The notes beneath the pieces were generated by a model. That model saw only the letters and a list, made by a program, of their open reading frames with translations. It made no database searches and was not told the DNA's origin. The translations under genes were made by a program, and so were the position numbers. From positions 1-44,704 of the IMG/VR virus record IMGVR_UViG_3300020044_007468: a stretch of DNA of 44,704 bases. One strand, written 5' to 3'. Positions 34,819-44,613 of this stretch are shown piece after piece. How positions within the stretch are numbered: the stretch's first letter is position 1; each line of letters starts with the position of its first letter. The stretch comes from a virus. Its lineage: Duplodnaviria; Caudoviricetes.

Positions 34819-37800
34819 ATGAAAATAACCAATACTTTTGTAGGCGGTAAAATGAATGTCGATGTCGACCAGAGGTTGCTCCCTAAAGGGCAATACTTTA
34901 AAGGGTTAAACATTGAGGTACTTAATGCTGAAAATTCATCTGACACAGCTAATTATGGTGATGCAGGTGTACTTAGAAATTCATTGGGTAATTTACAGCC
35001 CGTATCAACAGCAGGTGTCGCATTAACGGTGACAAATACAGCAGGTGGGGCATTAGCATTAGGTAGATGCATTGGTGCATGTAAAGATGATGCCACTAAT
35101 TCTATATTTTGGCTAATTACTTCAACAGCAGAAGATATAGTAGTTCAATACACAGATAACCCAAATATTACGCCTAGTGGTGGTAGTGGACTAGGGAGTT
35201 GTGGTGCGTTATCCTATGTACTTCGTGCGCCAAAGCCACAAGTAGATACAAGATACTTAGGGTTCAGTACAAACTTCCCCGTTAATGGGATAAATTACTT
35301 TAATGGCTATTTGACATGGACTGATAATAACCAACACCCTAGAATGGTTCATGTGGCTACAATGACTGCAAGAACTAAACAAGCAGGTGGGACATTACCT
35401 GCTAATTATATTTGGGATGAAGATGATATAACGGTTATTGTTAAACCACCTTTAGTTGCACCTACTATTACCATGAGTAATAATGGCACTGATTCCAATT
35501 ACATAAAAGATAGATTTCTTTATTTTTCATGCAGATTTAAGTATCTGAATGGTAGCTGGAGTGCTATGTCACCATTTAGTCGTGTGGCATTCACACCTAA
35601 TCCATTTATTTTTTCTAATGGCGTTTCAGAAGCAATGCTAAATATCAATAATGTTGTGAATATAACTGTTCCAACAGGTATTGCATTAGTGACAGATATT
35701 CAGATATTATTTAAGGATAGCGAGTTCCCAAATATCTACATCATTGAAACGATTAATAAAGCAAATCCTGTTATTGGGCAACCAATAACAAATAACTCAA
35801 CTTGGACTTATCCTAATTTTGATAATAGTAAAACTTATGCTACATTACCTTCGTCTGAATTAACAAGGCTATTTGACAATGTACCAATAAAGGCATTGAC
35901 ACAAGATATTGTAGGGAGTAGATTAATGTATGGGCAATATACACAATTCTATAATTTACTTAATACAAGTGGTTCTAAATTAGTACCTAACTTTTCTGTG
36001 TCTAATGACGCACTTGCATTTTCAAATGGCAATACTTACGAACCATCGTTTAAAACAAACATGGATTATGAGATAGCATTTATCTATCTTGATGATTACG
36101 GTAGAATGACTACACCATTAACTTGTCCTACAAATAGTGTTCATGTAAGCGCAAGTAATTCGGGTAAAAGGAATGAAATAATTATATCCATAAAGCATTA
36201 TCCACCTTCATTTGCTACAAAATACAGATTAGCAATAAAACAGAATAGAGAACTATATTACAATGTTTTCCCACTAAAAGTATATAATGGGGATGATTCG
36301 TTTACTTATTTCCTTCTAAACAGTGCAGATGTAAACAAAGTTTTGGCAAATGATACCTTTTTAATTAAATGCGATTATGATGGTATTACAAATTCAACAG
36401 AAGAATATCAAGTACTTGAAGTCACAGACAAGCAAACTGATGCTATCACAACAGGTAGTCAAGCAGGTTTGTACATAAAAACAAATAAATTCATACAAAA
36501 TGTTATTTCCCCTTCATCTTATTTGGCTAATTATATAAATATTGCAGGAAATATACATAATCAGGGGTATAATTTTGTTACTAGTTCATGGATTGCACCT
36601 ACGGGAAATGGCACAAACCCTGCGTCAAGTCCTGTTATTTATTATCCTGCTACGGGGACATCGTCAGTAATGAATCCACTAACTTCAATAGGGTATTTCT
36701 TTGCAAATTATTCAAGTAAAGATTTGCGATATGTAATTGAGTATGCAGGAATGAATGGTTCGAGCCAACATACATTTAATTACAGGGTATTCAATAGTTT
36801 TGTGTATATCAATGGGATTACACCAGTTCCATTTAGAACTTCCGCAAATGTACCTATCGCTGCGCCTATTTACGATACGAATGGCACAACATTACTAGGT
36901 AATTTATATTTCTATTCAACAGCAACAGCTAATACAGGTGATACATGGCGTTTAAATTTATACTCTCAAGTATCTAATACGTCTATTAGTGGGAAGACTA
37001 TTGCAGGTGTTAAAATAAATAATCTTGCAGTAGTTGCCACAGGGCAAAATGCTTTGTACAATACTGCACAAATAACAGCAGGAACTAAAATAGGGATTGG
37101 GAAGATAACAGATAGCGAAGGGTCGGGTACAAATAATAATAATCTAAATCTTAATCCTATAAATGGGACAACAGCACCGCAAGTATTCGTATCAAATGAC
37201 ACTTATACCGATATACAAGAATGGTTTTGGGAAAGTGGGGAGTACTTAAATTTTATGCAATTTAATGGGCAAAATACTAATGTAGGGTATAACAATGTAT
37301 TCTTTAGATATGGGTTTACTAATTTACAATCTGCATTTCCAACTAACAATAGAATTACATTACAACCTGCAAGTGTTGGTGCGACTAATAGTGAATACAT
37401 AAGTATGCTAATAGGGTCAACTAAAATGCCTGTACCTGTAACAAACTCAATTCAGAATTGGCAAATAAACCTATCCCAATTCTATATAAGTTATACAAGT
37501 GCTTTATTCTGCTTAGAAGTTTATCCTAAACAACAAGTAAAAACACCCGTATTCCATGAATGTACGGAAGATTTAAGTATAATAACTAGTGGGAACAAAA
37601 AGTTTCATGGAACAAATTATGTTAATCAAACAAGTTTAAATTCGGGAGATGTAAGATTAAACTATACAGGTTCATTAACTACGTCACCAAATGAAAGTTT
37701 TAACTGTTGGTCGTATGATAATGGTATAGAATCAAATCGAGTACGAGAAGCATATAACCAACCTACTTTAGAATGGTCGCCAAGAGTTAGTGTTCCTATT

Positions 37801-38442
37801 GATGATTATGGAGAACAGACTGTATTAGGATTAACTTATAGTGGTGTTTATAAATTTGATACGAATGTAAATAATCTTAATGTGTTCAATTTGTCTTTAG
37901 GGAACTTTAAATACTTAGATAAATCATTCGGCAAAGTACAGAAGATTAAAGCTAGAGATACCGATATTGTAATCTTTCAACAAGATAAAGTTTCTAAAGT
38001 ACTATATGGTAAAAATTTATTATCCGATTCAACGGGTGGCGGTCAAGTATCAAGCATCCACGAAGTTTTAGGAACACAAATTGCATATCAAGGGGAATAC
38101 GGTATAGCTAACGACCCATTATCATTTGCTCAATACGGGGATGATATGTGGTTTTCTGATGTACAAAGAGGTGCGGTATTACGATTAAATAATCAAGGTT
38201 TATTTGACGTAAGTAAATTCGGGATGAACTCATTTTTTAATACAGCATTTAAAACTTCACCTAATACTTTAAAAATTGGATGCATAGACCCTTATTACAA
38301 ACGATACATATTTGCCGAAACATTATTAACGATTACGGGCGCAAACAATGGTAATTCAAGTCAAGTAGTTAATAATACCAATATGATAATGCCTAATGCC
38401 TATGCAACAACAATAACAGACCCAATAATTTTGACTACATGA
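34819..38442 (+). CDS. tail stabilization/muzzle (nozzle) protein, N-terminal part
   Basis: NTFVGGKMNVDVDQRLLPKGQY; WTDNNQHPR; GEYGIANDPLSFA; IGCIDPYY. Confidence 0.75.
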   Translation: MKITNTFVGGKMNVDVDQRLLPKGQYFKGLNIEVLNAENSSDTANYGDAGVLRNSLGNLQPVSTAGVALTVTNTAGGALALGRCIGACKDDATNSIFWLITSTAEDIVVQYTDNPNITPSGGSGLGSCGALSYVLRAPKPQVDTRYLGFSTNFPVNGINYFNGYLTWTDNNQHPRMVHVATMTARTKQAGGTLPANYIWDEDDITVIVKPPLVAPTITMSNNGTDSNYIKDRFLYFSCRFKYLNGSWSAMSPFSRVAFTPNPFIFSNGVSEAMLNINNVVNITVPTGIALVTDIQILFKDSEFPNIYIIETINKANPVIGQPITNNSTWTYPNFDNSKTYATLPSSELTRLFDNVPIKALTQDIVGSRLMYGQYTQFYNLLNTSGSKLVPNFSVSNDALAFSNGNTYEPSFKTNMDYEIAFIYLDDYGRMTTPLTCPTNSVHVSASNSGKRNEIIISIKHYPPSFATKYRLAIKQNRELYYNVFPLKVYNGDDSFTYFLLNSADVNKVLANDTFLIKCDYDGITNSTEEYQVLEVTDKQTDAITTGSQAGLYIKTNKFIQNVISPSSYLANYINIAGNIHNQGYNFVTSSWIAPTGNGTNPASSPVIYYPATGTSSVMNPLTSIGYFFANYSSKDLRYVIEYAGMNGSSQHTFNYRVFNSFVYINGITPVPFRTSANVPIAAPIYDTNGTTLLGNLYFYSTATANTGDTWRLNLYSQVSNTSISGKTIAGVKINNLAVVATGQNALYNTAQITAGTKIGIGKITDSEGSGTNNNNLNLNPINGTTAPQVFVSNDTYTDIQEWFWESGEYLNFMQFNGQNTNVGYNNVFFRYGFTNLQSAFPTNNRITLQPASVGATNSEYISMLIGSTKMPVPVTNSIQNWQINLSQFYISYTSALFCLEVYPKQQVKTPVFHECTEDLSIITSGNKKFHGTNYVNQTSLNSGDVRLNYTGSLTTSPNESFNCWSYDNGIESNRVREAYNQPTLEWSPRVSVPIDDYGEQTVLGLTYSGVYKFDTNVNNLNVFNLSLGNFKYLDKSFGKVQKIKARDTDIVIFQQDKVSKVLYGKNLLSDSTGGGQVSSIHEVLGTQIAYQGEYGIANDPLSFAQYGDDMWFSDVQRGAVLRLNNQGLFDVSKFGMNSFFNTAFKTSPNTLKIGCIDPYYKRYIFAETLLTITGANNGNSSQVVNNTNMIMPNAYATTITDPIILTT

Positions 38443-40295
38443 TAGATATAAAAAGTAATACCACTTGGACAATTACCGCACCTGCATGGGTAACAAATGC
38501 ACCACTAACGGGTTCGGGTAATTTTCAATATACGCCAATAACTTCTGCGAATGGTACAGGTACTTATAAAACGGGAACTATAACGATTACTTACGGTGAC
38601 GGTTCAGTAGAAACAAGACCTATTATTCAGTATGCAGGTGCATTGGTAATGGGTAGAATATTTATACTAGGGTTAGATGATGACGCAGGACAAGTAGTAA
38701 ACTTTTCAGTTGTAAACAATAGTGGTACATTAAATTCTACTGATTTGGGTTGCGGTGAAAGTATTGACATAACTAATTACCCTCAATCTGGTATTATACC
38801 CGTAAATGGAGAAACGGTAACGGTTAAAGTAGATACAAGGGGTGATGTAAAGGCGTTTTCGCCAAACTTTGGAAATAAAATTTATAGATTAACTACTGCA
38901 ACATATTATGCAACGGGTGAAGAGGTTATCGCAGGTGGTGCAAGTGCTGTATCATTATCATTATCAACGGGGGTTTATTCAGGAACTTTTGCATATACTG
39001 CAAATGATTATTTCTATTTAGTATTTGACTTTAGAAATATTGTAGCATGTTCGGGTTCAACTAATGCAAATATTACGGGTTCATATTACCCAGTAAATAT
39101 AGATGTTGATTATGGTGCATCTGCAATAGGCAAGGCTACATCGGGAGTTACATTAGGGAGTTCAGGAGATGTAGGGATTACATATAATGGAAGCAATGTC
39201 GGTAGTTTTGCTAATGACGTTACGGGTTCTTATATATTCTATAAGAATAGTTTTATCGAAAAATATGCAAGAATAGTAGTAACTGGAAGAAATGGTTCAT
39301 CTTTATCTAGCGATATAACTCTATCGTTAGTATGCGTATCATTAACTTCATTCTCTTTAGTAACAACAGGGTATGACACTTCTGCTTTATCGTGTGCAGG
39401 TTCAACTACAACAGGTACAAAATATCATAATGGGACAAGTGCATTACCAACAGTGGGTGATATTGTATTTGATGATTCTGTTGGCGCATTACCATTTGAT
39501 GGCAATAATCAATATTGGAAAGAATTAACGGGAACTGATAATGCATATCTAATTGACACAACAGGTCACGTACAATCTATTACATCATGTGTTGCTTGTT
39601 CTTATAGGGTTAAACCAAATATCACTACTATCGGTACAATGTATGTTGAGGTAAATCAAGAATTAGCTATTCAATTAGAGGCAGACCAAACAATACTTAC
39701 ATGGGAGATTATCTCTGATTACTATTATTATACAATAACGGGCAATGATTTAGGTGGTATATATACCTATGTAAATACAGAAGGTGTTGCATCTAACTTA
39801 ACAATAGGAAAAAATGAGCAAATTAATGTTTCGGGCAATACTTTGACGTTAGTTTCGGGCGACGCAACATTTGTATCAAATGGATATTATCTGCAAAATG
39901 GAGTTTCTATCGAAAATGATGGAGTGTTATATGTTAATTTCCCTAGTACTGGGACTTTTACAGTACAAGTAGTTGCGACTAGCTGTTATGTTACACCTAG
40001 TGATGCAAAAACATTCACGTTTATTGTCAATCCACCTGTTACATTGACTTCATTTAAAATGTCAATGATAGGATATGATTCTTCGGTAAGTGCTTGTGCT
40101 AGTACAGACGGTCAAAATGATTTTTGGTTTCATAGTTCAGTAGGTAGTACATACCCCGTATTGAATGATATAATATACATAGATGGCTATCAAAGCGATT
40201 TCTTCAATGGTTCGTATATGTATTATTTAATGGACAATAACTATTGGATATTAATTAATTCAGCAGGGCAAGTAGTAGATACGGGCATCTGTTAA
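38439..40295 (+). CDS. tail-associated adhesin-like protein (BACON-like, Ig-like and two Cys-flanked repeats)
   Basis: IKSNTTWTITAPAWV...GSGN...TGTITI; repeats at ~39345 and ~40047. Confidence 0.6.
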   Translation: MIDIKSNTTWTITAPAWVTNAPLTGSGNFQYTPITSANGTGTYKTGTITITYGDGSVETRPIIQYAGALVMGRIFILGLDDDAGQVVNFSVVNNSGTLNSTDLGCGESIDITNYPQSGIIPVNGETVTVKVDTRGDVKAFSPNFGNKIYRLTTATYYATGEEVIAGGASAVSLSLSTGVYSGTFAYTANDYFYLVFDFRNIVACSGSTNANITGSYYPVNIDVDYGASAIGKATSGVTLGSSGDVGITYNGSNVGSFANDVTGSYIFYKNSFIEKYARIVVTGRNGSSLSSDITLSLVCVSLTSFSLVTTGYDTSALSCAGSTTTGTKYHNGTSALPTVGDIVFDDSVGALPFDGNNQYWKELTGTDNAYLIDTTGHVQSITSCVACSYRVKPNITTIGTMYVEVNQELAIQLEADQTILTWEIISDYYYYTITGNDLGGIYTYVNTEGVASNLTIGKNEQINVSGNTLTLVSGDATFVSNGYYLQNGVSIENDGVLYVNFPSTGTFTVQVVATSCYVTPSDAKTFTFIVNPPVTLTSFKMSMIGYDSSVSACASTDGQNDFWFHSSVGSTYPVLNDIIYIDGYQSDFFNGSYMYYLMDNNYWILINSAGQVVDTGIC

Positions 40296-40310
40296 ACAAA
40301 AAGATATTAA

Positions 40311-41102
40311 ATGACACCGACAGCATATACAGTAGCATACCAACCCGAACTAGATGGATTCACTTCATTCTTTAGTTTCAATCCCGAAATGATGATAGGG
40401 ATGAATAATTATTTATATTCATTCAAAAACGGTCAAATTTGGAAGCATTATATTAATCCTTTGCGAAATACATTCTATGGCACTTATACTGCATCAACGG
40501 TAGATATTTGCTTTAATGATAGCCCAATGGAAGTTAAAATGTTCAAAACATTCTCTTATGAAGGTAATTATACTAGAAACAAAATCAGTAGTACTTTTAG
40601 TACCTATTTATCGGATAGGATTTTTACGGGTAGCATTGGGGCATCAGACTTTGCAGTTAAGGAAGGTGAGGCGTTCTCAAATATCATTACACTAACATCA
40701 GATTTTGATGTTACGTTAAAAGAACAAGGAGTTGGACAATTATATGACGTACCTGCGCCACTAGCTTATACAGTAAATACACCTTCCCCAATTAATGCAC
40801 CTGCAATCGGAAATTCAAGTTCTTATGCTGATTCGTTATACCACATCGAAGCAAGTACGGGTACTAAATATTTAATAGGGGTTATTACTAATTATGTCAA
40901 TTTAGGTAGCCAAAGTATATTTTATACTGCAACGGAGAATCATACGCCTAGCTATGGTGATTTATTGGTTGTGTCTAAAAACATTTATAGTGAGAGTTTC
41001 GGACTTCGAGGAACGTACATGACTACATCAATGGTTATAGATACCACAGATAAAATGGAAATCTTTTCAGTTTCTAGTAGTATTTTGAAATCATATCCGT
41101 AA
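40311..41102 (+). CDS. tail stabilization/muzzle protein, C-terminal part
   Basis: TVAYQPELDGFTSFFSFNPE...YSFKNGQIWKH...NTFYG...KMFKTFSYEG...GLRGTYM. Confidence 0.7.
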   Translation: MTPTAYTVAYQPELDGFTSFFSFNPEMMIGMNNYLYSFKNGQIWKHYINPLRNTFYGTYTASTVDICFNDSPMEVKMFKTFSYEGNYTRNKISSTFSTYLSDRIFTGSIGASDFAVKEGEAFSNIITLTSDFDVTLKEQGVGQLYDVPAPLAYTVNTPSPINAPAIGNSSSYADSLYHIEASTGTKYLIGVITNYVNLGSQSIFYTATENHTPSYGDLLVVSKNIYSESFGLRGTYMTTSMVIDTTDKMEIFSVSSSILKSYP

Positions 41103-41111
41103 ATTTGTCCA

Positions 41112-41516
41112 ATGGAATCAAGAAAACTAGTAGAAAGCGATTATGAACAGCTAAAGGAGTGGTGGCACGAATGGGGATGGGTTGACCCACCTGCATTAGA
41201 TTTATTACCCGAAAATGGCAAAGGTGGCATAATGATTAGCCAAGATGGGGTGAATATATGTGCAGGATTTATATATGAAGTATCAAATGCTAATATCGCA
41301 TGGTTCACATTCCCAATATCCAACAAGATACTTAATAAAAAACTTCGTGGTACAGCACTAGAATTTATGATACAGCAAGTAATAGGCGATTGTACTAAAA
41401 AAGGTTACAAATACATCTATTCCAATTTGCGTAATCCATCTATGATTCAGCATCAAGTAAATAATGGGTTTGTAAGAACGGGGAATAACTTTACAGAATT
41501 AATTAAACTTTTATAG
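41112..41516 (+). CDS. GNAT-like acetyltransferase (position of T7 gp13-like gene)
   Basis: ICAGFIY...RGTALEFMI...GYKYIYS...NNGF. Confidence 0.65.
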   Translation: MESRKLVESDYEQLKEWWHEWGWVDPPALDLLPENGKGGIMISQDGVNICAGFIYEVSNANIAWFTFPISNKILNKKLRGTALEFMIQQVIGDCTKKGYKYIYSNLRNPSMIQHQVNNGFVRTGNNFTELIKLL

Positions 41517-41517
41517 C

Positions 41518-41745
41518 ATGACAGCAAAAGAAAAAGCAACTGAACTAGTAAGAAAAATGGTAGATACTTACTATGAAACACACGATTTTTGCTATGATTC
41601 AACAGCACAAAAATGTGCATTAATAGCAGTTGAAGAAATATCTAGTGCAATATACGCATACCTTAAAGATACCAACGAATTACAGAATGCAGATAGAGAG
41701 TTTGCGTATTGGGAAGAAGTTAAAAACGAAATAAATAAATTATAA
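41518..41745 (+). CDS. accessory hypothetical protein (MTxKEKA...CALIAVxEI...YWxEVK type)
   Basis: Recognisable phage motif; sits between virion genes. Confidence 0.7.
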   Translation: MTAKEKATELVRKMVDTYYETHDFCYDSTAQKCALIAVEEISSAIYAYLKDTNELQNADREFAYWEEVKNEINKL

Positions 41746-41746
41746 C

Positions 41747-42319
41747 ATGGGAGCAGGAGTAGCAACAGCAGCGATAGGTGGACTAAGTTCACTAGTTCAA
41801 GGCGGTATTGGTTTATACCAACAACATCAAGCTAAATTAGCAAGCGACCAAGCATTTGAGAATGCTAAGAATATGCCTAAACAAGCAAATGCGTTTGATA
41901 ATGCAACGATAAGCAATCAAGCCTATGCGTCACAAGAACAGCAAAATGCACAGCAACAAGCTAATTTAATCCAAGCATTGCAAGAACAAGGTGCAACGGG
42001 TGCATTGGGTGGTGTTGGTTTAGTTCAGCAACAAGGCGAACAAGCAAATGCCCAAATCGCATCAGCTAAAGCGCAAGAATTACAGCAATTAGAAATGCAG
42101 AAGAAAGCTGAACAGCAAAGAATAGATGATGAATATTTGCAATACCAAAAGCAATTAGGATTAATGGAGATTCAAGGTGCAGGTTTAGCACAAGCGCAAG
42201 GTAATTCTCAATTAATGGCAGGGTTAGGCGGTTTAGCATCGGTTGGCGCAACGGCAGCAGGTAATAAGAATTTCGGGAAAAAAAAGCCACCTATTACAGT
42301 GCCAGGTTTAGGTAAGTAA
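41747..42319 (+). CDS. putative ejection/internal virion protein
   Basis: Gly/Ala hydrophobic ends, Q-rich coiled coil. Confidence 0.65.
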   Translation: MGAGVATAAIGGLSSLVQGGIGLYQQHQAKLASDQAFENAKNMPKQANAFDNATISNQAYASQEQQNAQQQANLIQALQEQGATGALGGVGLVQQQGEQANAQIASAKAQELQQLEMQKKAEQQRIDDEYLQYQKQLGLMEIQGAGLAQAQGNSQLMAGLGGLASVGATAAGNKNFGKKKPPITVPGLGK

Positions 42320-42345
42320 ATTTATAAAAATAGTAAAATTGTAAT

Positions 42346-43800
42346 ATGTCATACGCAGGATTTCAAAGGTCGGAAGTACCTAATATTGGTAAAGACGTTT
42401 CGGGTATAATGCAACATCAAATGGATGTTCAAGCTAAAGAAGATGCGCAACAAAAAGCGTTGATAGCTAAAGGACTTGCTAATGACCAAAAGGTAGCTAA
42501 TGAGAATGAGAAGCAGAATGTAGAAATATCAAAACCTTTATATGAAAGTACATCACATATTCTAAAATCGCCATCTGTTGCGATGAATGAGTTTGGGCAT
42601 CAATCTGTTGATGCTGCGAATGTAGTTTTAAAAAATATTTTAGGGGATAAAAGTTTGTCATTTAGCACAAAAATAGGGATAGGGCAAGCATTGGGAGTAG
42701 CTGTACAAGCATCAGCAAATGACATTAATGATTATAAAAAGAATGCGGAACTTATACTTTCGCAAGGGAGTGATGCATCGCAAACTACAAAGTATGCATA
42801 TCGTCAAATAGATAAACGATTTTCAGACCCAAATAATTTTGAAACAGCTTTTGACCAAGTAGGTCAAACATATAATTATAGTGCAAAAGACCGTAAAACA
42901 GGGGAAGACGTTTTTAATGGGTATATAGCAAGAAATTTAGGCGCAATAGCTAATAGAAAAGTATTCGATTATGATGCATATTATAAAACCAAAGTAAATA
43001 ATGTTGGTAAAGTAGAAATAATGAACCCATTAAAAGGTGGGGGAACGGAATTGCGTGTAAATGACGAACTTAGTCCTAAGTTTGTAAATGAACGGGAAAC
43101 CACTATAAAACAATTATTGGCGAATAAAAATGATTTAGGTGATGCAATGTATTATAATCTTAATGGACATCCAATGGTAGATGATGCAAATAATACCTAC
43201 AAGGTAGAACTTGTCCCATCTGATATAACTGATTCTGAAAAAGAGGAGTTAGCAAAATTAAGGGGAACTACTGCTGATGGAAAGGATATGTTATTTGTAA
43301 AAATGCAACAAGATAAAAATGGATTGCCAATAGCAAATCTAACGGATGACCAATCAAAAATATTCGAAAGTGTAACTAGAAATCATTTTAATAATTTGGC
43401 TATGGATAAATATTCAATAAATAAACCTAACATTACGAATGTCAATGTAAATTCAAATGAAAAGAAAGAATCTGCTACTATTACAAGAGTAAGATTAGGT
43501 GATGAAAATGCAATTAAAGATATGGTTGCGCAAATGCCAACTCGCAAGATAACAATAGGGGCTGCAAATTCTAAAGGAGAGGGCAAATCATATATATATG
43601 ACCCTGAAAATAAACTACTTACAATAGATATAATAGATAAGGAATCAAAACCTAAATATGATAGCAATGGGGATATTATACCAGAAGATAATACAAGAAC
43701 ATTTGATTTGAATTATGAACCTGATATGGAATATCTAATGCGATTACTTAATGAACCAGAATTGCAAAAAGTTGGTAAGTACTCACCAAAAAAAAGGTAA
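42346..43800 (+). CDS. putative ejection/internal virion protein
   Basis: 484 aa, helical, follows the small ejection protein. Confidence 0.55.
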   Translation: MSYAGFQRSEVPNIGKDVSGIMQHQMDVQAKEDAQQKALIAKGLANDQKVANENEKQNVEISKPLYESTSHILKSPSVAMNEFGHQSVDAANVVLKNILGDKSLSFSTKIGIGQALGVAVQASANDINDYKKNAELILSQGSDASQTTKYAYRQIDKRFSDPNNFETAFDQVGQTYNYSAKDRKTGEDVFNGYIARNLGAIANRKVFDYDAYYKTKVNNVGKVEIMNPLKGGGTELRVNDELSPKFVNERETTIKQLLANKNDLGDAMYYNLNGHPMVDDANNTYKVELVPSDITDSEKEELAKLRGTTADGKDMLFVKMQQDKNGLPIANLTDDQSKIFESVTRNHFNNLAMDKYSINKPNITNVNVNSNEKKESATITRVRLGDENAIKDMVAQMPTRKITIGAANSKGEGKSYIYDPENKLLTIDIIDKESKPKYDSNGDIIPEDNTRTFDLNYEPDMEYLMRLLNEPELQKVGKYSPKKR

Positions 43801-43806
43801 AAAACT

Positions 43807-44613
43807 ATGACCGATAACTACTTAGATACGCCCACTAATGATACACCGCATTTGCAATTCAAAACATTGCCTAGCTTTACTGATGAAACGGCTGTTGACT
43901 ATACGCCACATTTGACCTTAGACAGAGTAAATAAAATTGATTTAAGCCAAGATGTACCTACGCCCCAAGAACCGCAACAACAAGATATTAATATTGATGT
44001 AGATTGGTATAATTCACAAGTTGATGCTTACAATAAAGATAGCAAGGATAAAGTACAAAAAGCATCTTCACCGCAAGATGTAGATAAAACTGAATACCTA
44101 AATGTTGTAAATCATTTTAATAATCGTGTAGTTGAAAATTACAACCTACTTGCTAAGAAATATAAATTACCTAGTGTAAATTCAGTTGAAGAAATTGACA
44201 ATGATAAGCATAAGCAAATGGTGGATTTGGAAGACTCTGATTTTGTAAAAAAGGCTAATATTGAAGATGAGCGAGTTGCACTCCAATATGGGATTAAGTT
44301 TAAACCTTATAAAAATGCACATGAAGCAACAGTTTTAAGGAAAGAGTTATATGCTAATGCGAACAAAATAAATGATGCAAAAAATGCTAGTAAGGCAAGT
44401 GAGTATTTTAAAATCATAAATGCGCAGTTAGTTGAAAATGGGATGAAGCCATATTCGACTAAAGAAGAAGCGGTAAGAGATGCTAAGAATATCCAACAAA
44501 AAATATACGACTTTACAACAAAACAATATAAAGAAAGTACAATAAATGGTGTTCCGCCAAATGAGTTTTTTGCAAATAATACACCTTCTTTTCGCCACTA
44601 CCTTCTACTTTAG
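43807..44613 (+). CDS. N-terminus of a probable large internal virion protein, apparently truncated by an inverted segment near 44585
   Basis: Position of the largest ejection gene; strand composition flips near 44585. Confidence 0.5.
   Translation: MTDNYLDTPTNDTPHLQFKTLPSFTDETAVDYTPHLTLDRVNKIDLSQDVPTPQEPQQQDINIDVDWYNSQVDAYNKDSKDKVQKASSPQDVDKTEYLNVVNHFNNRVVENYNLLAKKYKLPSVNSVEEIDNDKHKQMVDLEDSDFVKKANIEDERVALQYGIKFKPYKNAHEATVLRKELYANANKINDAKNASKASEYFKIINAQLVENGMKPYSTKEEAVRDAKNIQQKIYDFTTKQYKESTINGVPPNEFFANNTPSFRHYLLL

Noticed and set aside
38397-38442. Programmed -1 frameshift joining the 1207-aa and 618-aa ORFs
   Set aside because: No canonical X-XXY-YYZ slippery site; the ATGA overlap is explained by ordinary translational coupling
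13366-44613. Stop-codon reassignment (TAG or TGA) as in some crAss-like phages
   Set aside because: Long genes are intact in the standard code, and TAG and TGA end genes at sensible boundaries
43807-44613. Virion RNA polymerase of crAss-like phages
   Set aside because: No DxDxD catalytic motif in the visible part; the gene is truncated, so it cannot be assigned
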